Source: Eledone cirrhosa (taxonomy: Eukaryota). Taken from it: 64,000 nt of DNA. The translations under genes were made by a program, and so were the position numbers. The DNA is taken from assembly GCA_964016885.1 (NCBI GenBank), contig OZ024744.1, forward strand, positions 75,020,001 to 75,084,000. The letters are read 5' to 3'. Shown piece after piece: positions 28,023-40,860 of this stretch (the first letter of the stretch is position 1; the number at the start of each line of letters is the position of its first letter). Below the pieces are notes generated by a model. That model did no database searches. It saw nothing but the letters and a program-made list of their open reading frames with translations, and was not told the DNA's origin.

Positions 28023-28323
28023 CCGTATCTGTATCAGTGAGCTGCTCAACATTACAAGACTTAAACCAATTACATCCATTGTAAAGTCAAGAGTACTCAA
28101 ACCATACGGTCATATAAAAAGATTAACTCGTTGAGTAAGTTATGCCTGGAAAGAAGGTTGGCTGATAAGAGAAGCAAAGGCCGGCAGCCAAAACGATGGC
28201 TTGATAATGTCAACTTATGGACATCATCTTTGCATTTCAAATTCTGTTGCTGGCGATCGAACTATGTGGAGAGAGTTATCATATGTTGATGCGCAGTCTT
28301 CAACTGGCGGTGTTTAGCGTCAC

Positions 28324-28668
28324 AAGAAGAAGAAGAAGAAGAAGAAGAAGAAGAAGAAGAAGAAGAAGAAGAAGAAGAAGAAGAAGAAGAAGAAGAAGAA
28401 GAAGAAGAAGGAGGAGGAGAAGAAGAAGAAGAAGAAGAAGAAGAAGAAGAAGAAGAAGAAGAAGAAGAAGAAGAAGAAGAAGAAGAAGAAGAAGAAGAAG
28501 AAGAAGAAGAAGAAGAAGAAGAAGAAGAAGAAGAAGAAGAAGAAGAAGAAGAAGAAGAAGAAGAAGAAGAAGAAGAAGAAGAAGAAGAAGAAGAAGAAGA
28601 AGGATAATAATAATAATAATAGTAATAATAATAATAATAATAATAACAATAATAATAATAATAATAAT
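28324..28668. repeat. (AAG)n followed by (AAT)n microsatellite
   Basis: Direct inspection. Explains the poly-R/poly-I start of ORF 28217-29533. Confidence 0.95.
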
Positions 28669-29675
28669 TTCAGAAGTCCCATTTACTGCTGAAATGGAAA
28701 ACACAGAAAAAGCAGAGCGGGTAAAAGTAACTGCAAAGAAAGAACTGCTACAGAAACTGGCTAAGAAATGGCAAGAAAAGCCTCTGTATGGAAAATACCC
28801 AGAGCGAGCTAACAATCCTGATGTTGACAAAACTTTAACCCATCAGTGGTTGGCATCCTCTGGACTGAAATCGGAGACTGAAGGACTGATTATATCAGCA
28901 CAAGATCAGTGTCTGCCAACAAAAAATTACCAAGCCAACATAATAAAAAATGGATGCAGCCCATTATGCCGTGTATGCAAAAAACAACCAGAGACCATTG
29001 ACCATATAATTTCAATGTGCAGTCCTATAGCTCCAACCGAATACCTAAACAGGCATGACAGAGCTGCACAATACATACATTGGATAATGTGTAAGCATTT
29101 TGACCTGCCCCATCAAAAGAATTGGTGGGAGCATCAACCACCTCCCATACTTGAAAAAGATCACATCTCAATATTGTGGAACTTTAGCATCCAAACAGAC
29201 CGAAAAATAGATGCAAATAGACCTGATATAATATTGAAGGACTTTGAAAAGAGGGTATGCCTGCTAATTGATATGTCTCTTCCAATAGACAATAATGTAT
29301 CTATAAAAATATTTGAAAAATTGAGCAAGTATAAGGACCTGGAGATAGAAATTGGAAAAATGTGGAAATTGAGAACTAAAACAATACCAGTGGTTGTAGG
29401 CGCTCTGGGAATGATACCTAAGGGGTCTAATGATTACTTATCGCAAATCCCAAGAAACCCGCGTATAGGAGAAATACAAAAGATAGTACTAATGGGAACT
29501 GCCCATATACTAAGGAAGATGCTGTCAATATAAGTACATCACAAGTCTAAACACTAAAGATGCATGTGTGAGTATGTATGTTCTTTCTTGAACATGGCGG
29601 ACCTTGTTGTCTCTTGAGGTCACTGGTTGTGACTTGGTGATAACTCGTATGAACATAAAGCAAGATAAATGCAAC

Positions 29676-29732
<57 letters not shown>
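28669..29732 (+). mobile_element. 5'-truncated R4/Dong-type non-LTR retrotransposon (CCHC + RLE, 3' UTR, (TAA)n tail)
   Basis: Open frame to 29533 with CRVCKKQPETIDHIISMC, RHD, NRPDIILKD...LLID...KLSKYKDL, PVVVGALG. Flanked by (AAT)n on both sides. Confidence 0.9.
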
Positions 29733-29846
29733 TTTTAACATATTTAAATCATTTGTGAAATAACAACTCTTAGTACAAATGCTACGTAAAGCACCCGGCT
29801 TGAGCCCCAAAAAAATTCGGACCCAAAATATATTGTTATAATGCTT

Positions 29847-30489
29847 AAATATTCAAATATTCAACTTTGTATTGTACACTGTATATCCCCCAAAAAAATG
29901 GCTATAAATGGAAGAAGAAGAACCCCCCCCCCCTCCTCTCCTCTGGCTACACTATATAGGAATAGCTAAACTCACCAACACCAGAAACTAGATACACCAC
30001 CCACCCCATCATCTGTGTACACTAAACACAACAGCATTTTCACCTTCACCGCCACCGCTCACTACGGCCATCATTACCACCACTATCCCATCACCGCCGC
30101 CACCACCCCTTGACTCCTTCACTGCTGCTGCCACCGCTACAGCACCATCACTACAGTAATACGGCTCAAATATTCAAATATTCAACTTTGTATTGTACAC
30201 TGTATATCCAAAAAAAAATAAAATGGCTATAAATGGAAGAAGAAGAACCCCCTCCCGCCTCCTCTCCTCTGGCTACACTATATAGGACAGCGAAACTCAC
30301 CAACACCAGAAACTAGATACACCACCCACCCCATCATCTGTGTACACTAAACACAACAGCATTTTCACCTTCACCGCCACCGCTCACTACGGCCATCATT
30401 ACCACCACTATCCCATCACCGCCGCCACCACCCCTTGACTCCTTCACTGCTGCTGCCACCGCTACAGCACCATCACTACAGTAATACGG
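29847..30489. repeat. Tandem duplication of an about 320-bp unit
   Basis: 29847-30164 and 30168-30489 are nearly identical (aaatattcaaatattcaac...cagtaatacgg). Confidence 0.9.
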
Positions 30490-30879
30490 TCGCATCACCG
30501 CCACCACTGCCTCGGTATCGACATCACCACCACCACTGTCTCAGTATCGCCAACGCCGCCAGTCTCTGCTGGCTACCACTTCCACATTATAGAATTCCTA
30601 CTACTAACAAAGAGGAAGGCATCAAAATATATAGATAGACTCAAAAGAAAAAAGAAAAAACAAACAACAAAAGCAGCACAGCAACAACAGTAAAAAACGA
30701 GAAAAACAGAGAAAAACAAAAACAAAAAAAGAAACCCCAAAAACGTAAAGAAAATAAGAATGAAGAGAGAAGCAGGCGGACGGACAGAGAAGAGGGGGGA
30801 AAAAGTAAAACTTAAAAAACAAAAACTAAGTCAGACATTCGAATACTACATTACAATGAAACTTATGCTTATTCATTTT

Positions 30880-33800
30880 TGGGGCCCTTTCTGCCCGTGT
30901 GTTTGTTTGTTTATGTGTGTCCGTATACAGCGTGGTGATAATGCCACACAAGGGCCAAGTGGGATGGCGGATCCACAGATGGCTATGTAAACATACATTC
31001 GCCAATCCTCGATAAGAGTGTTTAAATATCGAACATAAACAGTTCGAATAACGGTGAAATGGAGACTAGAACGTCATGTGACAGACTCTCACCCAACAGG
31101 TGCCCCCTGGCTCAGCAGCAGGAACCTGACTGTCAACCAAATACTGCTGATGTTGGAGGAAGAAGAAGAAGGAAAGGGGCCAGAACCAACTGGACTAAAG
31201 AATTGAATAGAACTGTTATGCAATGTTACCTGAAAAGTAACCCCAAGGAGAGGGGCTACAGGAGACGGATGCATAACATCTGGAACGAGATTGGTCTATT
31301 TAAATTAGATGAACAAAAATTGGCCGGGCAGGCTCGGGTATTAAGAACTAATGGGTGGATAAGCGAGCTGGAACTGGAGGAACTGAGCAGAGAGAATGGC
31401 TTGGAGATGACGGGTGTAGTATGCCAGACAAGCGAGCCAGTGGGAAATGAAGGTGAAGAGGTCCTGAGAACGGAGGAACCACCCGAAGCAGACAATGATC
31501 TGAATACTGAGATAAATAATACCTGGAACAGAGATACGGCCATTGAGGAGATGAATGCTGACGGGCTAGGACAAGATTCGGTTGACATCCTAAATTTAGT
31601 GGTAGATGAATTGAACAATGATAGTGGGAGACCTATGAACCTAAGATTTGTAGACAGGAAAAAGTTAAAAGAAACAACAGCTAAGGTAAACAAAGTCATC
31701 CCATACCTTGAGGCGAGGAGCCTTCACCAGTGCAACAATATCCTCAAAGCAACAGCAAATACGGTGAGGAAACTACTTGGTATAAAAGCGAGAGGAAACA
31801 ACAGACAAGAAAGAGTAGAGCCGTGGTGGAAGAAACGACTGAATGGTCAAATCGGGGAAATGAGAAATGACATAGGAAAGCTTGAGTCACTACTGAATGG
31901 GACACTAAAAAACATAGGCACTAAAAATAGACTGGAAATAAAGTACAAAACTAGGAGGAAAAAGCTAAATATTATCATAGAGGAACTGAAGCAACGCATT
32001 GTAGCAAAGAGTGCAAAAATCAGGCGATACGAGAACAGAGTCAGTCAGTACAAACAGAACCGCATGTTCGATAACAACCAGAAGATGCTGTTTGGACAGC
32101 TTGAGGGGAAAGAAAGAGGCAACGACTTGATCCCTGGGGCGGAGCAAACTAAAGCATTCTGGAGAGGAATATGGGAGCAGGATGTTAGACATAATGTCCA
32201 GGCAGGGTGGATTGAGACAGTACAGAGGGAGATCGGTGAGCAGGCACACCAACAAACTGATTTGAGTATCACAGTTGAAACTCTTAAGGGGCAGGCCAAA
32301 AAACTAACCAACTGGAAATCACCAGGCCCAGATGGTGTGCAGGGATATTGGATTAAAAATTTAACATCCCTCCACCCGAAGCTGACGGCCATGTTCAATG
32401 ACTGCTTGGTGTCGGGTGAGGTGCCAGAGTGGTTGACAAAAGGTACCACAGTTCTGATAATGAAAGACCGAATCAAGTGTAATAATGTTACCAAATATAG
32501 ACCTATCATATGTCTGTCCGTAATGTGGAAACTGTTGACGAGCATTGTGTCTGAGGAAATCTACCATCACCTCCACACAAACAACTTGTTACCGGACGGA
32601 CAGAAAGGATGCCGAAAGAAGTCACGTGGTACAAAGGACCAGTTACTTATTGATAAGATGGTAATGGGGAATTGCAGGAGGAGACACACTGATCTTGCCA
32701 TGGGATGGATAGACTACAGAAAGGCATTTGACATGGTGCCTCCTTCTTGGATCACCAAAAGCCTGGAGATCTTCAGGGTGGCAGATAACATCAGACAGTT
32801 GCTGGGCAGGAGTATGGGGTCCTGGGAGACAGAGTTGACATCAACTGGAGTATCCTTGGGAAGCGTGAAGATCAAGAGAGGTATCTTCCAGGGAGATAGC
32901 CTGTCCCCTCTTGTTGTTTGTCCTTGCCCTGATGCCCTTGACCATTATGCTGCGAAAAGTGAGAGCAGGATACAATTTGGGAAAGGGAGAACTTACCACC
33001 AATCACCTCCTCTTCATGGACGATCTTAAGCTCTTCGGGAAAAGTGAGAAGGAGTTGGATGTGCTTGTTGACACTGTCCGTATTTTCAGCAGTGATATAT
33101 GTATGCAGTTTGGTATTAGTAAATGTGGAGTCATTGTGATGAGGAGGGGTAGGTTGAGCAGAAGTAACGGGATCCAGATACCAACAGGTGAGATGATAAA
33201 GGAAATTGACTCTGAGGAAGGATGCAAGTATTTGGGCGTTCTGGAGGCTGATGGCATAAAGAACAAAAAAATGAAGGAATTGTTAAGAACTGAATACATT
33301 CGGAGAGTAAGGAGCGTATTGAAGTCACATCTGAACAGCAGAAATGCCATAAGCGCAGTAAATTCCCGAGCTGTGTCTATTATTAGGTACAGTGCGGGAA
33401 TTCTGAGATGGAATGTTGCTGAACAAAAAGAAATGGATAGGAAGACTAGGAAGCTATTGACTATCTACAACATGTTCCACAAGAGGAGTGATGTTGATAG
33501 ACTCTACCTAAGGAGATCTGAGGGTGGAAGAGGTCTTATCAGCATAGAGGACTGTGTTCAGATGGAGAAAAACAACCTATACAAATACGTGACCTATAGT
33601 AAGGAGCCAATGCTCAGAACTGTACTGAAGGAGGGGACAGTAGGCCAGGGGATTTCCAAGGAGGAAATAACATCAAGGAGGAAGAGCAGCCTTAAGGGAA
33701 AATCCCTTCATAGTACCTTCTTTGAGAAAACTGAATTTGGAGATCCACAGACATGGAACTGGTTGAGAAGAGGAGTCCTCAAAAAGGCTACAGAAGGAAT

Positions 33801-34535
33801 GCTAATGGCTGCGTAGGAGCAGGCCCTCAAAACGAAGTGGTTGAAGCACCATATTTACAAGGAGGAGGCTAGCCCACTGTGCAGGATCTGTGGAGAGAGA
33901 GAGGAGACTGTGGCTCACATTGTGTCCGAGTGTAAACACCTAGCCCAGACCCACTATAAGGGCTGGAGACACGATGTGATGGGCAGGGTGATCCACTGGC
34001 ACCTGTGCAAAGTAAACAATTTACCACATTCTGAGAAATGGTATGAGCATAAGCCAGAGGCGGTGATGGAGAACAATCAGGTGAAGGTGCTGTGGGATTT
34101 TAGGATACAGACGGACAAAAAACTGGAACACAATAGACCTGACCTGGTGGTTGTGGACAAAGAAAAAAGATCGTGTCTGATCGTGGATGTGGCCTGCCCT
34201 TTCGACACGAGAGTGCAAGAGAAGGAGAGGGAGAAAATTAAACGATACCAGGACCTAAAGTGGGAGGTGAAAAGGATTTGGAACTGCCATGAAGTCAAAG
34301 TGATCCCGATTGTCATAGGCGCACTGGGGACTATCTCCCAAAGTTTCCAGGGATGGTTAAAGAAAATCGGCCCCTTCACGCTTTTTGGAACGCTTCAAAA
34401 GGCATGCTTGCTTGGAACAGCAAGAACCCTCCGATACGTCCTGAATATCCGAGGCTGCAGGTAGTGGCTTGATATTCATACCAACCGACTTTCCAGTTAA
34501 CCAACATCAATGACTGAGATTCAAGGAATAACTAC

Positions 34536-34586
<51 letters not shown>
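30880..34586 (+). mobile_element. Near full-length R4/Dong-type RLE retrotransposon
   Basis: Single RT-CCHC-RLE ORF followed by a short 3' UTR and (AAT)n tail. The 5' boundary is approximate. Confidence 0.9.
31059..34464 (+). pseudogene. RT + CCHC + restriction-like endonuclease polyprotein, with 1 frameshift (about 32910) and 1 stop (33814)
   Basis: KSPGPDG, YRPI, QKGCR, WIDYRKAFD, FQGDSLSP, LFMDDLKLF, GGRGL, CRICGEREETVAHIVSEC, RHD, NRPD..D..K..Y. Confidence 0.92.
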
Positions 34587-34588
<2 letters not shown>

Positions 34589-34836
34589 TTTCTTTATTAA
34601 CCACAAGGGTTTACATAAAGTAGACATTAAGGACAGTGCAGGACAATGCAGGACGGTACAAATGGGCATTTCTGCGTGTAAAAAACAAAAACAGAGGATG
34701 TAACAAAAAATAACAATGAAAAATTCCCCAATAGGGGGGAGACTTCGGAGGGACATTTGTGGAGAAAGCCCAGTAAAAAGCCACAATGACCCTGGCCACC
34801 AAGGCAAGTGCCCTCTCCCAGTTTTCCACCTTTAAT

Positions 34837-37800
34837 TTACAGATATATGCTCAGAGTAGGCCCATTCACTCGGGCCATTCTTGCTTCTCTCACCCATCTT
34901 TCAACAAAATGCTGGGAAGAGAGCACTTCCCTCTCTACTCTGATTTTCCTTTTCAAATGAAATTTGAAAAAGTCAATCAGAGCATCACCGAAGAGGTAAG
35001 TGCTCGTCTTCAGCCCTTTCAAACGTGTCCACCATACTATCACTTTCGCCATGGCCACCAGGCAGATAAAAACTGCCTGCCCTTCCCGGCTAAAGGAGGA
35101 GGGCGGGGCAATCCTCACGATAGACTCAGATGATAGCCGGATCCGTCCTAAACGCGACAGCAGGTGTTCGACATAAACCCACAAGTCAGCAATTTTCGGA
35201 CACTGGACGAGTGCGTGCAGGACGGTTTCGTCGCCCTGCGCGCATCTCGGACATGCCCGGCTGACGGCACCTCCATGCCTGTAGAGTTTATCCCGAACTT
35301 GCAAGGCTCCTCGGTAGCACTGCCAGGCCAGAGATTTCTGGAAGTTGTCCATAGGCCCTGGCCCGAAAGTTCTTCCGAAGAGATTGGCTAGTTGATTTTC
35401 GTCGACGCCTAGAGTTTCCCCAAGTACGTCGTCGCTCTTCCCCTCCACTAATCCTCTATAGAACGCCGAGGTGGAGATTCCACCGATCACATTGCCCGAT
35501 TGGTCGAGGGCTGTGAGCGCCTGAAGACATTCCAGTCTCCAGGCGCTCCCTCTCGGTCTTCGCTTGACCCAGGACTGCAGCTCCGTCAAGGAAACGAGCT
35601 GGGGAAACACGCGTCTAGCAAACGGCGACCTCACCTGATCACCGTCGAGGAAGAGGTGGAGATGTCGTAGCCTGAGCGCGTGCCTGCGCATCATCAGCCA
35701 CGGCATGCCCAGCCTTCCACGTAGCGGGTGTTGACAACAGATGGACCGCCTGACCATCGGAGCGCGTCCCTTCCACAAAAAGCGAAAGAGCAAACGCTCC
35801 AGCACAGTCAGGCGAGGCTTAGGACAAGGTACGACGGTCAGGCGGTAGCAGATGACGGACGCGATGTACGCGTTAGCCACCTCCGCTCGACCTTTCAGGG
35901 ATAGCTTCCTCTCGGCCCATTTCTGGGTGAGAGAAGCCACCCTGCTCGTCACCTCGTCCCAGTTTTTGTCCGTCTGGAGGTCCGGACCGAACCAGACCCC
36001 TAGCAATTTAACCGGTCCGTCCGTCCAGCGTCCGACGACGCTGTTGGACGGCATGGACCTGCCTCTCCAGGTGCCGAGCTGCAGGCCCATTGACTTTTCC
36101 TGGTTGATCATTGCTCCTGTCACCGCTTCGTATTCTCTTAGTGTAGTGCCGATCGCCTCGATGTGTTTGGTGTTCGACACCACTACGGTGACATCGTCCG
36201 CATATGCTGATACGGATCTTCCGCATCCTAGTTCGCGCGGGACCCCCCTCAACGTCTCCAGTTTGTGCAGTAATGGCTCGAGAGTCAATACGTACAAGAG
36301 GGACGAGAGGGGACATCCTTGGCGGACCGAGCGCATGATGTTGAACGGTTCCGACAGGTGACCGTTCACTCTCACCACAGAGCAGATGTCGCTGTGCATG
36401 GCAGCGATCCAGCCTCTGAAGACGGGCCCAAAGCCAGCCGCCCTCAGGACTGCCGCTAGGTAACGATGGTCGACCCTATCGAAAGCTTTCGACTGATCTA
36501 AATTGATCAAGGACCCACCCGTGCCAGGTTCCCTAGCTACCCTCTCTACGATGTATCGCATGAGGTGGAGGTTGTCGTGGATGGATCTGTCGGGAATGGC
36601 GCATGTCTGCGCCTCTCCCACCAGACCACCAACGACAAGCGCCAACCTCTTTGCTAGCACCTTGGCCAAAATCTTAAACTCTGTGTTTAGCAGAGTTATG
36701 GGCCGGAAATTTTCTATGTTATCCCCCTTGTTCGGATCCTTTCTCAGCAGTGCCACCGCTCCTCGGCTCACAGAACTGGGAATTCTCCCGTTCTGTTGCC
36801 AGTTGCAGTAGACGTCCGCCAAGAGGCCTCCGAACAAGTCTGGCATCTGTACGTAAAGTTCATAGGGGAGACCATCCAAACCAGGCGATTTACCCCTTGT
36901 GCAGCCAGTCATTGCCTCCCTTACTTCAGCGGCTGTTATCGGCTTTTCGCAACACTTCGCCTCAGTGGCCGAGAGCCGCGGCAGTCCGTCGAGGTAGACA
37001 CTAAAGTCAATCCCTTTACCCGGCCCACCGCTGCCCCCGAACAGCTGAGCGAAGTGTCGCTGAAAAGCTTCACACATTTGCCCGGGATCGAGTAGCATGC
37101 GCCCGTCGTGGTCCACCAAAGACCGGATCGTGGCTTTGTTGCCACGACGCGCCTCCGCCACTCGGGCCCATTGAACGGCTTTCGTCCCCTCGTGTCTGAG
37201 AGCACGCACCCTTGCTCTGACAACGCAGCCTTCGTGCTTTGCATTGAAGAATTGGTCAAGGGCCAATTTCGCCGTAAGCACGTCGGTCGCAATGCCTTTG
37301 CTAAGCGCCTCGTCTAATTTTATAACTAGTTCTCCCTCTGCTCTATTTTTCTCTATTGCTAAAGCCTTACTAAATCTAATCGATTCTATTCTAATCGCTC
37401 TTTTCAGAGCAAACCACCACTTGTTGTTGACGATGGCCCCCGTCAACACCCGCTTAACTAGTTCGCTAATCCGGTCTCTGTAGGCCTTGCGCGCTGGTAA
37501 GGACGCGTTTAGCTTCCAGTAGCCGGGTCCTCGTCTATGAAGCCTATCTAAGTCAAGCACACAGATCACGAATTTGTGGTCCGTGTAGCTGACTATCTTG
37601 AATTGTGGACAGCCTATGCTAGACCTATCTATTTCCCTACAAAATACTCTATCTAGATATGATCTGGATGACCCTATGCGGCTTGTCCAAGTCCACATTG
37701 GCACATTCGGGAAATCCAATCGGTACCTGTCAGACAGTTCAAAACGCCTGAGCAGGTTGGTGAGGCTCTTGCACCCTCCACCCCTATCCGCTAATCCCAC

Positions 37801-38256
37801 ACAGTCCCAGCGTGCATCTAAGATCCCGTTCCAGTCGCCCACTAACACTAAAGAGCGCGACGTTCCAAGAAAGGTCTCCAGACGCCGGAAGAAATCAGGC
37901 CGCCCTGCTCCTGTCGGGGCATAGACGGCCACTAGCCTGAAAGCTTGCCCGTCTCCGCTGGTCACGTCCAGCACCACCAGCTTACCCTCTGGGTCCAGGA
38001 AGATGGCCCGTATGGCGAGATCCAAACCTCTCCGAAAAAGTACAGCAACTCCTCCACCGGATCCAGGACGGCTGGGAGATGCGTACACATCGTAGCCGCC
38101 GAAGATCGGTGCGAAGGCCCGTGCTTCGGAGATTCTGGTCTCGCTAATGGCCACTACATCTATGTTTAGTGACCTGAGGTCGTTGAGCAGGTGACCCTGC
38201 TTCCATGACGACCCCAAGCCACGCGCATTTATGCTGCCTATTCTGAGTGAGGTCAT
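34837..38256 (-). CDS. ORF2: APE endonuclease + reverse transcriptase + C-terminal CCHC (intact, 1139 aa)
   Basis: SINARGL, ISET, VYAP, GDWN, YTDH, KSPGLDG, FRPITLLN, DQSKAFD, RQGCPLS, YADD, CPRC...HALVQC. Confidence 0.95.
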   Translation of the reverse strand: MTSLRIGSINARGLGSSWKQGHLLNDLRSLNIDVVAISETRISEARAFAPIFGGYDVYASPSRPGSGGGVAVLFRRGLDLAIRAIFLDPEGKLVVLDVTSGDGQAFRLVAVYAPTGAGRPDFFRRLETFLGTSRSLVLVGDWNGILDARWDCVGLADRGGGCKSLTNLLRRFELSDRYRLDFPNVPMWTWTSRIGSSRSYLDRVFCREIDRSSIGCPQFKIVSYTDHKFVICVLDLDRLHRRGPGYWKLNASLPARKAYRDRISELVKRVLTGAIVNNKWWFALKRAIRIESIRFSKALAIEKNRAEGELVIKLDEALSKGIATDVLTAKLALDQFFNAKHEGCVVRARVRALRHEGTKAVQWARVAEARRGNKATIRSLVDHDGRMLLDPGQMCEAFQRHFAQLFGGSGGPGKGIDFSVYLDGLPRLSATEAKCCEKPITAAEVREAMTGCTRGKSPGLDGLPYELYVQMPDLFGGLLADVYCNWQQNGRIPSSVSRGAVALLRKDPNKGDNIENFRPITLLNTEFKILAKVLAKRLALVVGGLVGEAQTCAIPDRSIHDNLHLMRYIVERVAREPGTGGSLINLDQSKAFDRVDHRYLAAVLRAAGFGPVFRGWIAAMHSDICSVVRVNGHLSEPFNIMRSVRQGCPLSSLLYVLTLEPLLHKLETLRGVPRELGCGRSVSAYADDVTVVVSNTKHIEAIGTTLREYEAVTGAMINQEKSMGLQLGTWRGRSMPSNSVVGRWTDGPVKLLGVWFGPDLQTDKNWDEVTSRVASLTQKWAERKLSLKGRAEVANAYIASVICYRLTVVPCPKPRLTVLERLLFRFLWKGRAPMVRRSICCQHPLRGRLGMPWLMMRRHALRLRHLHLFLDGDQVRSPFARRVFPQLVSLTELQSWVKRRPRGSAWRLECLQALTALDQSGNVIGGISTSAFYRGLVEGKSDDVLGETLGVDENQLANLFGRTFGPGPMDNFQKSLAWQCYRGALQVRDKLYRHGGAVSRACPRCAQGDETVLHALVQCPKIADLWVYVEHLLSRLGRIRLSSESIVRIAPPSSFSREGQAVFICLVAMAKVIVWWTRLKGLKTSTYLFGDALIDFFKFHLKRKIRVEREVLSSQHFVERWVREARMARVNGPTLSIYL

Positions 38257-38408
38257 GTTTAAAATAGAGTGGAAAAGATGGGAAAGACCACTTACCGTAC
38301 TTTTGGTAGAGGAGGGATGGTTTTTACATCCCTTTTCACTTGATCGTCTGGTGAAGGGACCGTTGAATCGTCCCTTCGGCTGGTCGTCGGCTCTTCTAAG
38401 AGAATGTC

Positions 38409-40387
38409 TTAGTATACTCTTCGATTGATGGTTCCTCCTAGGTCCCTGAAATCACCAACTGCGTTGGGGAATTTCGTTTTAATATTTGTGTATTGTTTCT
38501 GTGCTATTTTTAGCAGTCTTATGTTAGTTGGCGTTTTGATTGGTGCTGGTATTATGTAGTCCTGTTGTGAAATGTCTGTGTGTTCAATTATGTAAGTCAT
38601 TAGTTTCTTGTTGTGTGTATTTATTGCCGTGCATTTGTTTTTCTGGGGGTGGGGTGTGGTTCTGCTATTTTCTTGTCGTTATTGCTGGGTGTGTGTGTTT
38701 TGTTGTTGTGTTTGCGATGTTGGTGCTTGTGGTGGTGGTGTTGAAGGTGTTGTTGGCGGTGGGGTTGTCGCCGGTGGTGATGGTGGCGCTAGTGTGGGTG
38801 GTGATGGTGTTGGTGGTGTTGCTGCTGTGGGTCTCTTTGCAGTAGACTTTACCCTTTTCTCATTTCTTTCCTCCCTTTTCAAAGGCGACGATGCGCTGCT
38901 TCTGCGTTTGTGCCTTCTTACGACCTTTTGCCATCTCTCTCCCACCTCACACTCCATGTCTGATTCTGTGAGGTCGGGGAGGGGTACCAACTCCACTCTT
39001 TCACTTGTTGTTGTTGGTGATGTTTGCACTGGAGTCTCTGTTGCAGCTGCATTTGGTATTGCTGTTGTTGTTGTTAGTATTTCCACTGCTGCTGCTGTTT
39101 TTGATTTCCGTGGAGTGAGTATGGGTGCCACGGGCCTATCGTTCCTGGTTGCCACTTGTCCTGTTGCTGGTAGCCGTGGAGCCGGATTCGGAAGGAGGGG
39201 GGTTTTCTCCTTTCTCAGGGTCTTCTCGTTGCAGAAGGCCCTGAGGTGAGTCTTCGATCCACAGCGAAAGCATTTCGGGCGTTTGTCCTCAACACTTATG
39301 GGCAGTTGAGTGCCGTTATCGAAGTCTATCACATCCGGGATAGCTTCGATGCACTCCTGGTTGGTTTGGATTAGCATCTCAATGGAGGAGCCGACCCAAT
39401 CTTCTCTTACTTTTTTCTGTACTTGCAGTACAGTTGTTTTGCCCTCGATTCCGACGAGGACAGACGCGGCCAGCCAAGAAGGGGTCATTCCGGGGGGGAC
39501 GTGGGTCAGTTTGACCCTCACAATTTTTGGCCCACAGTAGGAGGGCACCAACACCATTTCCTCGCTCCTTAGGGTCACTACTGATTGGGCCTTTGCCTCC
39601 TGGGGTGTGGCAAAAAGTACGTCTACGGTGGCATATTTTTTGCCTCGGGTGATGTGCGTTTTCCGCTGCCACACAGACCCCAAGGCTTTTTGTATTTGGG
39701 CCTCTGTGGCTCTTTCCACCCTACGGGATTTTGTACTTACTGTACGGTACGTGACCGTACAGTGCTCTTGGGTTTCGAAAAAATTTTCGCTGCCTTGCAG
39801 ATTGCTCTGTGTCCGTTCTTTGTCACCATCTTCTTCGCTTCCTCTAATTCCTCATTTGTTATGAGGATTGTTTCCAAGTTTTTCGCAATACCTGCAAATG
39901 AGATTGGTTTTTCTCTGCTGTTGTTGTTGTCGTCAGAGCTGCTGGTACTTTTGTTGTTGCTGCAGGTACTACGACTACTGCCTCCGCCGCTGTTGCTGTG
40001 GTTGTTGTTGGTGTTGCTGCTGCTAATGCTGTTGTTGTTTATGCTGCTGGTGATGCTGTTGCGGCTGCTACTGTTGTTTTCATTGTCACTGTTGCTGTTG
40101 TTATTACGGCTGCTACTGCTATTATTCCTGACGTCAGACGAATGAACTGGGTTTTCGTATTTCCCGCACACCTGTTTCGTCGCTGTCGTCGTCGTCGTGG
40201 AGAAACCTTGCACGCTTTGCACGAGACTTTTCTTTTCTTTCGTCACTTGCGAAAGAGAAGGGAGGGAGAGAGACACATTTAAAGAAGGGAGGGAGAGAGA
40301 CAATCTTCTCTCTGCTGTAGTGATGATTGAGGAAGAAGAAGACGGAATGAGTGGGAGTGACGTATGAAATTTCTTTTTCGTAGCCAT
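38409..40387 (-). pseudogene. ORF1 (gag-like, zinc knuckle), with one frameshift (about 39760-39790) and one in-frame stop (38679)
   Basis: RPKCFRCGSKTHLRAFC knuckle and Ser/Thr/Pro-rich regions. C-terminal KFPNAVGDFR motif is shared with copy 2. Confidence 0.85.
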
Positions 40388-40860
40388 GTTGTTTTTTGTT
40401 TAAAATGAAATTTTGGGTACAAAACCCCAATAACTGATTATTTAACCCCGAAGGGCCAAATAACGGACAGAAAGACCCCTCTCACGAGGAGGAGGGTGTC
40501 TTTATCAACAATTTGGTTCAAGTTTTAAACAATTTACAATTGTTTTAACGGTTAAAAATTACTATACCTTACAGAGCCGAGCCTCCGTCAACCATGGCAT
40601 TCAATAATAATAATAATAATGCTTTCTTTATTAACCACAAGGGTTCACATAAAGTAGACATTAAGGACAGTACAGGACAATACAGGACGGTACAAATGGG
40701 CATTTCTGCGTGTAAAAAAAAAAGAGGTTGAAATAAAATAACAAAGAAAAATTCCCCAATAGGGGGGAGACTTCCAAGGGACATTTGTGGAGAAAGCCCA
40801 TTAAAAGACCACAGTGGCCCTGACCACCAGGGCAAGTGCCCTCTCCCAGTTTTCCACCTT

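Larger units (their letters stand above)
34587..40602 (-). mobile_element. Tx1/L1-clade non-LTR retrotransposon, copy 1 (full length)
   Basis: 5' UTR, ORF1 and ORF2, 3' UTR with aataaa. (ATT)n on both ends. Confidence 0.92.

Noticed and set aside
28217-28668. Poly-Arg/poly-Ile N-terminus of the 438-aa ORF
   Set aside because: Chance read-through of (AAG)n/(AAT)n into a truncated Dong ORF.
30880-30990. HDV-like ribozyme at the Dong 5' end (ggccctt/aagggcc pairing)
   Set aside because: The L3 and J4/2 consensus motifs were not found.
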